A DNA stretch of 64,000 nucleotides from contig JAYSYZ010000136.1 of NCBI GenBank assembly GCA_043727195.1, forward strand, positions 637-64,636, given 5' to 3'. Of this stretch, positions 59,673 to 64,000 are shown piece by piece; the stretch's first letter is position 1, and every line of letters begins with the position of its first letter. The position numbers and the translations under genes were made by a program. The notes beneath the pieces were generated by a model, which was given only the letters and a program-made list of their open reading frames with translations, did not search any database and was not told the origin of the DNA. Source of the DNA: Paracoccaceae bacterium. GTDB lineage: Bacteria > Pseudomonadota > Alphaproteobacteria > Rhodobacterales > Rhodobacteraceae.

Positions 59673-60067
59673 TGGCAACTGTTCCCTTGATCAGCGACGC
59701 AGCGGCGGGGGCAGAGGCCCTTGCCGTGTTCGATGATATCCGGGCCAAGCGGCAGACCGACTATGTCAACAATTTCTGGCGCGCCCTCGCGGCAGACCCG
59801 GCGCTGCTGCGCGCGACGTGGGAAAGATTGCAGGTCGTGATGGCCCCCGGCGCGTTGGAACCGTTGGTCAAGGAGTTGGTTTATCTCGCGGTGTCGACCG
59901 CGAATGGCTGCACGTATTGCATCCATTCCCACACAGCGGCGGCGAAATCAAAGGGCATGACCGAGGCGCAGCATGGCGAACTTCTGGCCGTCATCGCGAT
60001 GGCGAGCCAGACGAATGCACTTGTGACGGCGTTGGGCGTGACCGTGGACGAAAGGTTCATGGCGTGA
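59672..60067 (+). CDS. Carboxymuconolactone decarboxylase (AhpD-like) family protein
   Basis: 131 aa with a CxxC-type motif (NGCTYCIHSH). Its ATG overlaps the cyclase stop. Confidence 0.85.
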   Translation: MATVPLISDAAAGAEALAVFDDIRAKRQTDYVNNFWRALAADPALLRATWERLQVVMAPGALEPLVKELVYLAVSTANGCTYCIHSHTAAAKSKGMTEAQHGELLAVIAMASQTNALVTALGVTVDERFMA

Positions 60068-60384
60068 GACAGTTTTTGATGACACCGGCGCAAGTGATCG
60101 CGTTGAGCCTGCGCAATTCGCAGATGATGTCAGAGGCCGGGATGATCGTCGGCATGCGGATGCTGGGGATGGCCGGGATGTGGCGGGTCAGCCCGGCCGA
60201 GAATGCGCGAATGGTCGAAGAGAAAGTTGCAGCAGTGACGGAAGGGGCCATGGCAGCTTCGCGGGCGATGCTCCGCGGGGCCGAACCTGTCGCGGTGGCG
60301 GATGCGGCCTTGCGGCCGGTGCGCAGAACCACGGCCGCCAATGTAAAGCGTCTGGCCAAGCTTGGCCCGGGCAAACCAACCTGA
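60064..60384 (+). CDS. Hypothetical small Met/Ala-rich protein
   Basis: GTG at 60064 overlaps the preceding stop (GTGA); alternative ATG at 60079. No family recognised. Coding is inferred from its position in a tightly coupled operon. Confidence 0.5.
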   Translation: MRQFLMTPAQVIALSLRNSQMMSEAGMIVGMRMLGMAGMWRVSPAENARMVEEKVAAVTEGAMAASRAMLRGAEPVAVADAALRPVRRTTAANVKRLAKLGPGKPT

Positions 60385-60396
60385 CCGGAGTTTTCG

Positions 60397-62106
60397 ATGC
60401 CCACACTGATTTCGCGCCAGACCTATGCCGACATGTACGGCCCGACGACCGGGGATCGGCTGCGTCTGGGCGACACCGATCTGATCATCGAGGTTGAGAA
60501 AGACTTTACAACCTACGGAGAAGAAGTGAAATTTGGCGGCGGCAAGGTGATCCGCGACGGGATGGGGCAAAGTCAGGTCACTCGGGCGGCTGGCGCGATG
60601 GACACGGTGATCATCAACGCGCTGATTGTCGACTGGACTGGCATCTACAAGGCCGATGTCGGCCTGCGCGACGAGCGGATTGCCGGAATTGGCAAGGCCG
60701 GGAATCCTGATACGCAATCCGGCGTGACCGTGATCATCGGCCCGGGGACCGAGATCATCGCAGGGGAGGGGCGTATCCTGACGGCCGGGGGGATGGACGC
60801 GCATATCCATTTCATCGCGCCGCAGCAGATCGACGATGCGCTGCATTCCGGCGTCACCACGATGCTGGGCGGCGGCACCGGCCCGGCGCATGGCACGCTG
60901 GCCACCACCTGCACGCCGGGACCGTGGCATCTGGCGCGGATGATGCAGGCGGCAGACGCGTTTCCGATGAACCTGGCCTTTGCGGGCAAGGGCAATGCGT
61001 CGCTTCCGGCCGCGCTGGAGGAGCAGGTGCGGGCCGGGGCCTGTTGCCTGAAGCTGCATGAGGATTGGGGCACGACCCCGGCGGCCATCGACTGCTGCCT
61101 AACGGTGGCGGACGCAATGGATGTGCAGGTGATGATCCACACCGACACACTGAATGAGTCCGGGTTCGTCGAGAATACGCTGGCGGCGGTCCGGGGCCGC
61201 ACGATCCACGCGTTTCATACCGAAGGCGCGGGCGGCGGCCATGCGCCGGATATCATCAAGGTGGTAGGGTCGCAGAACATCATTCCGTCTTCGACCAACC
61301 CGACGATGCCCTACACGGTCAACACCATCGAAGAGCATCTGGACATGCTGATGGTCTGCCACCACCTTGACCGCCGCGTGCCCGAGGATGTGGCCTTTGC
61401 CGAAAGCCGCATCCGGCGCGAGACGATCGCGGCCGAAGATATCCTGCACGATCTGGGGGCATTTTCGGTGATCAGTTCCGACAGTCAGGCGATGGGCCGG
61501 GTGGGCGAAGTGATCACCCGTACCTGGCAGACCGCGCACAAGATGCGCCAGCAGCGCGGGCGGTTGGAGGGCGAGACGGGCGACAATGACAACTGCCGCG
61601 TCAAGCGCTACATCGCGAAATATACCATCAACCCGGCAATCGCGCATGGCATCAGCCGCCACATTGGCAGTGTCGAGGTGGGCAAGCGGGCCGATCTGGT
61701 GCTGTGGTCGCCCGCCTTTTTTGGGGCCAAGCCCGAGATGGTGTTGCTGGGCGGCTGCATCGTGGTGGCGCAGATGGGTGATCCCAATGCATCCATCCCG
61801 ACGCCGCAGCCGGTGCATACCCGGCCGATGTTCGGGGCATACGGTCGGTCAGTGGAACGCAACGCGGTGGTCTTTGTATCCGGTGCGGCGCAGCAGGATG
61901 ACATTGCGGCGCGGCTGGGGCTGGCCAAGGAAACCGTTGCGGTGGAAGGATGCCGGGGCATCGGCAAATCCGACATGAAACTGAACGCGGCGACCCCGGT
62001 CATCGAGGTGGACCCGGAATCCTATGAAGTGCGCGCGGACGGCGTCTTGCTGACCTGCAAGCCCGCGCGGGAGTTGCCGCTTGCGCAGCGCTATTTTCTG
62101 TATTGA
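60397..62106 (+). CDS. ureC: Urease subunit alpha
   Basis: 569 aa canonical UreC ([24 protein letters not shown]). Confidence 0.97.
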   Translation: MPTLISRQTYADMYGPTTGDRLRLGDTDLIIEVEKDFTTYGEEVKFGGGKVIRDGMGQSQVTRAAGAMDTVIINALIVDWTGIYKADVGLRDERIAGIGKAGNPDTQSGVTVIIGPGTEIIAGEGRILTAGGMDAHIHFIAPQQIDDALHSGVTTMLGGGTGPAHGTLATTCTPGPWHLARMMQAADAFPMNLAFAGKGNASLPAALEEQVRAGACCLKLHEDWGTTPAAIDCCLTVADAMDVQVMIHTDTLNESGFVENTLAAVRGRTIHAFHTEGAGGGHAPDIIKVVGSQNIIPSSTNPTMPYTVNTIEEHLDMLMVCHHLDRRVPEDVAFAESRIRRETIAAEDILHDLGAFSVISSDSQAMGRVGEVITRTWQTAHKMRQQRGRLEGETGDNDNCRVKRYIAKYTINPAIAHGISRHIGSVEVGKRADLVLWSPAFFGAKPEMVLLGGCIVVAQMGDPNASIPTPQPVHTRPMFGAYGRSVERNAVVFVSGAAQQDDIAARLGLAKETVAVEGCRGIGKSDMKLNAATPVIEVDPESYEVRADGVLLTCKPARELPLAQRYFLY

Positions 62107-62112
62107 CGGGCG

Positions 62113-62286
62113 TCAGGCGCGGGCAGCGTCGGCCTGGCCGCGACGTGGCACCGGCCAGCCGCGGCGGAACACCGGAAAGACCGGAAAGTCATGCGCCATC
62201 GAAGTAAGGGTCACTTCGCGCCGCTGCAGGCGGGCAATCTCGGTCCGGATGTCGGCGAGTTCGTCGGCGAGGGAGAGTCTGGTCAT
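62113..62286 (-). CDS. Possible 57-aa ORF antisense to the urease operon (MTRLSLADELADIRTEIARLQRRE...)
   Basis: Hand-translated and below the ORF-track size cut-off. It fills most of the 254-bp ureC-ureE gap. No SD or homology support. Confidence 0.25.
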   Translation of the reverse strand: MTRLSLADELADIRTEIARLQRREVTLTSMAHDFPVFPVFRRGWPVPRRGQADAARA

Positions 62287-62360
62287 GATGTCTGGGGTCC
62301 TTCTTTGTTCTACACCTTCACCATCGACTCAAATCGTAAAAACTTCGCAAAGGTGATCAG

Positions 62361-62810
62361 ATGTCTTTGCCGCTTACCCAAACCTTGCATCGGGCCGGCC
62401 AATGGCCGCGCCTGGCCATCGCGCGGGTGGTGTTGGGCTATGACGAGCGCTTTTTGCGTCGCAAACGGTTGGTGACGGCGTCGGGCGAGGCATTCATGGT
62501 CGATCTGGCCGAGACCACCAACGTTCTCGCGGGCGATGCATTCGAGTTGTCGGACGGTCGGCTGATCGAGGTCGCGGCGGCGAAGGAGGCGGTTCTTGTG
62601 GTGACCGGCGATCTGACCCGGCTGGCGTGGCACATCGGCAACCGGCATACGCCATGCCAGATCGAGGCAGATCGGCTGGTGATCCGCGCCGATCATGTGC
62701 TGGCCGGGATGCTGCGCGGTCTGGGCGCAACGGTGGTGGCAGCGGACGCACCCTTCATGCCAGAAGGGGGCGCTTATGGGATCGGGCGCACGATGGGGCA
62801 TGCGCACTGA
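62361..62810 (+). CDS. ureE: Urease accessory protein UreE
   Basis: 149 aa, UreE-like (LAWHIGNRHTP), with a short His-containing C-terminus. Confidence 0.9.
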   Translation: MSLPLTQTLHRAGQWPRLAIARVVLGYDERFLRRKRLVTASGEAFMVDLAETTNVLAGDAFELSDGRLIEVAAAKEAVLVVTGDLTRLAWHIGNRHTPCQIEADRLVIRADHVLAGMLRGLGATVVAADAPFMPEGGAYGIGRTMGHAH

Positions 62811-63432
62811 TCTTTTGGCCCTCGTTCAGTGGCTATCGCCTGCTTTTCCCACGGGCAGCTTTGCCTATTCCCATGGGTTGGAATCGGTGATCGCCGGTGG
62901 GTTGAGGTCAGCCGAGGGGGTGCAGGACTGGATCGCGGATGTGCTGCGGTTCGGCGCAGGGCAGGCGGATGCGGTGCTGTTGGCTCAGGCGTTGCGGGTA
63001 GGCACTGATCACGCGGCGCTGGATGCTTTTGCGCGGGCGATGGCCGGCTCGCGGGAGCGGTTGATCGAGACGGTTGATCAGGGAACCGCATTTGCGCGCA
63101 CGGTGGCGGCGATGACCGGACGGGCGCTGCCGCCACGCGCCCTGCCGGTGGCGGTGGGCGAGGCGGCGGCAGCGCTGGCACTTGCGCCAGAGGATGTGGT
63201 GGGGATGTATCTGCACGGCTTTGCGGGAAATCTGGTGGCAGTGGCGACGCGGTTCGTGCCCTTGGGCCAGACCGCGGGGCAGGCGGTTTTGGTGGCGTTG
63301 CATCCGGTGATCGGTGAGATGGCGGAGTGGGCGGTGACGGCGACGCTGGAAAATATCGGAACCGCGGCAATTCGGGGCGATCTGGCCGCGATGCAACATG
63401 AAGATATGGATGTGAGGATATTCCGGACATGA
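62800..63432 (+). CDS. ureF: Urease accessory protein UreF
   Basis: The ATG at 62800 gives [28 protein letters not shown], a canonical UreF N-terminus. Confidence 0.9.
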   Translation: MRTDLLALVQWLSPAFPTGSFAYSHGLESVIAGGLRSAEGVQDWIADVLRFGAGQADAVLLAQALRVGTDHAALDAFARAMAGSRERLIETVDQGTAFARTVAAMTGRALPPRALPVAVGEAAAALALAPEDVVGMYLHGFAGNLVAVATRFVPLGQTAGQAVLVALHPVIGEMAEWAVTATLENIGTAAIRGDLAAMQHEDMDVRIFRT

Positions 63433-64000
63433 AGAACGGGCCATTGAAGGTCGGGATCGGCGGGCCTGTCGGTGTAGGCAAGACCTCACTGACCGAAGCG
63501 CTGTGCCGGGCGCTGGCGGGGCGCTGTTCGATGGCCGTGATCACCAATGATATCTACACGCGCGAAGATGCGGAGTATCTGTTGCGGGCGCAGGTGTTGC
63601 CTGCGGACCGCATCCGGGGGGTGGAGACGGGGGGGTGCCCGCACACCGCGATCCGGGAGGATGCCAGCATCAATCTGGCGGCAGTGGCGGAGTTGCGCGG
63701 GGCGTTCCCCGATCTGGACCTGATCCTTATCGAAAGCGGCGGGGACAATCTGGCAGCGACATTCAGCCCTGAACTTGCAGACCTTTCGATATATGTGATC
63801 GATACAGCGGCGGGGCAGGATATTCCCCGCAAACGCGGGCCGGGGGTGACGCGATCGGACCTGCTGGTCGTCAACAAGACCGACCTTGCCCCGCATGTCG
63901 GGGTCGATCTGCAACTGCTGGAGGCGGATACCAAACGAGCGCGGGGCGGGCGGCCCTATGTGATGGCGCGGGTCCGGCACGGTGTGGGGGTCACCGAGGT
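63429..64000 (+). CDS. ureG: Urease accessory GTPase UreG (3' end outside the window)
   Basis: Hand-translated: [21 protein letters not shown]...[13 protein letters not shown]...VVNKTDLAP. The ATG overlaps the ureF stop, and there is no stop before the window end. Confidence 0.93.
   Translation, partial: MKNGPLKVGIGGPVGVGKTSLTEALCRALAGRCSMAVITNDIYTREDAEYLLRAQVLPADRIRGVETGGCPHTAIREDASINLAAVAELRGAFPDLDLILIESGGDNLAATFSPELADLSIYVIDTAAGQDIPRKRGPGVTRSDLLVVNKTDLAPHVGVDLQLLEADTKRARGGRPYVMARVRHGVGVTE

Overview
This is a GC-rich, densely coding chromosomal window that looks like an alphaproteobacterium of the Rhodobacteraceae type. Support for that: alpha-type GTTC-N7-GTTC SOS boxes in front of lexA, a trpG-trpD-trpC-moaC-moeA operon, and TauR/xsc/soeABC-type taurine genes. 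I can support about 60 protein genes, 2 tRNAs (Pro-UGG, Cys-GCA) and one IS110-family insertion sequence. Gene order: Mo-hydroxylase fragment, DUF2235 hydrolase, gltA, gltX, ComEC-like, lexA, moeA-moaC-trpC-trpD-trpG, manC, tdh-kbl, selO, tRNA-Pro, DUF192, two-CSD protein, pdxH, fabI, LysE exporter, gpt, aminotransferase, PpiD-like, trpE, YibQ-like deacetylase with a long P/A/E-rich linker, tRNA-Cys, creatininase-family gene, and an Xre(DUF2384)/RES toxin-antitoxin pair. Next comes an ABC-importer / CodA-like amidohydrolase / FAD-oxidoreductase operon split by the IS110 element, then RidA, an AttH-lipocalin + FtsX-type ABC module, and a sugar epimerase. The window ends with a taurine/sulfoacetaldehyde island (tpa, tauR, xsc, tauE, ackA, soeABC-like, with a phosphomannomutase translationally coupled to its end) and a urease cluster (ureD-A-B, three extra genes, ureC, ureE-F-G). 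I saw no CRISPR array, prophage or recognisable multi-gene defence island, and I cannot claim a clearly novel system. The best leads are: (1) the IS110 insertion and a candidate bridge RNA in its left end; (2) a conserved direct-repeat operator shared by the tpa and xsc promoters; (3) three non-urease genes embedded in the urease operon; (4) an uncharacterised N-heterocycle-type import/catabolic cluster; (5) a 28-bp tandem repeat in the tRNA-Cys/creatininase divergent promoter. Many long ORFs in the six-frame track are antisense shadows typical of high-GC DNA and were ignored. All functional calls come from reading the translated ORFs for family motifs; no database search was run.
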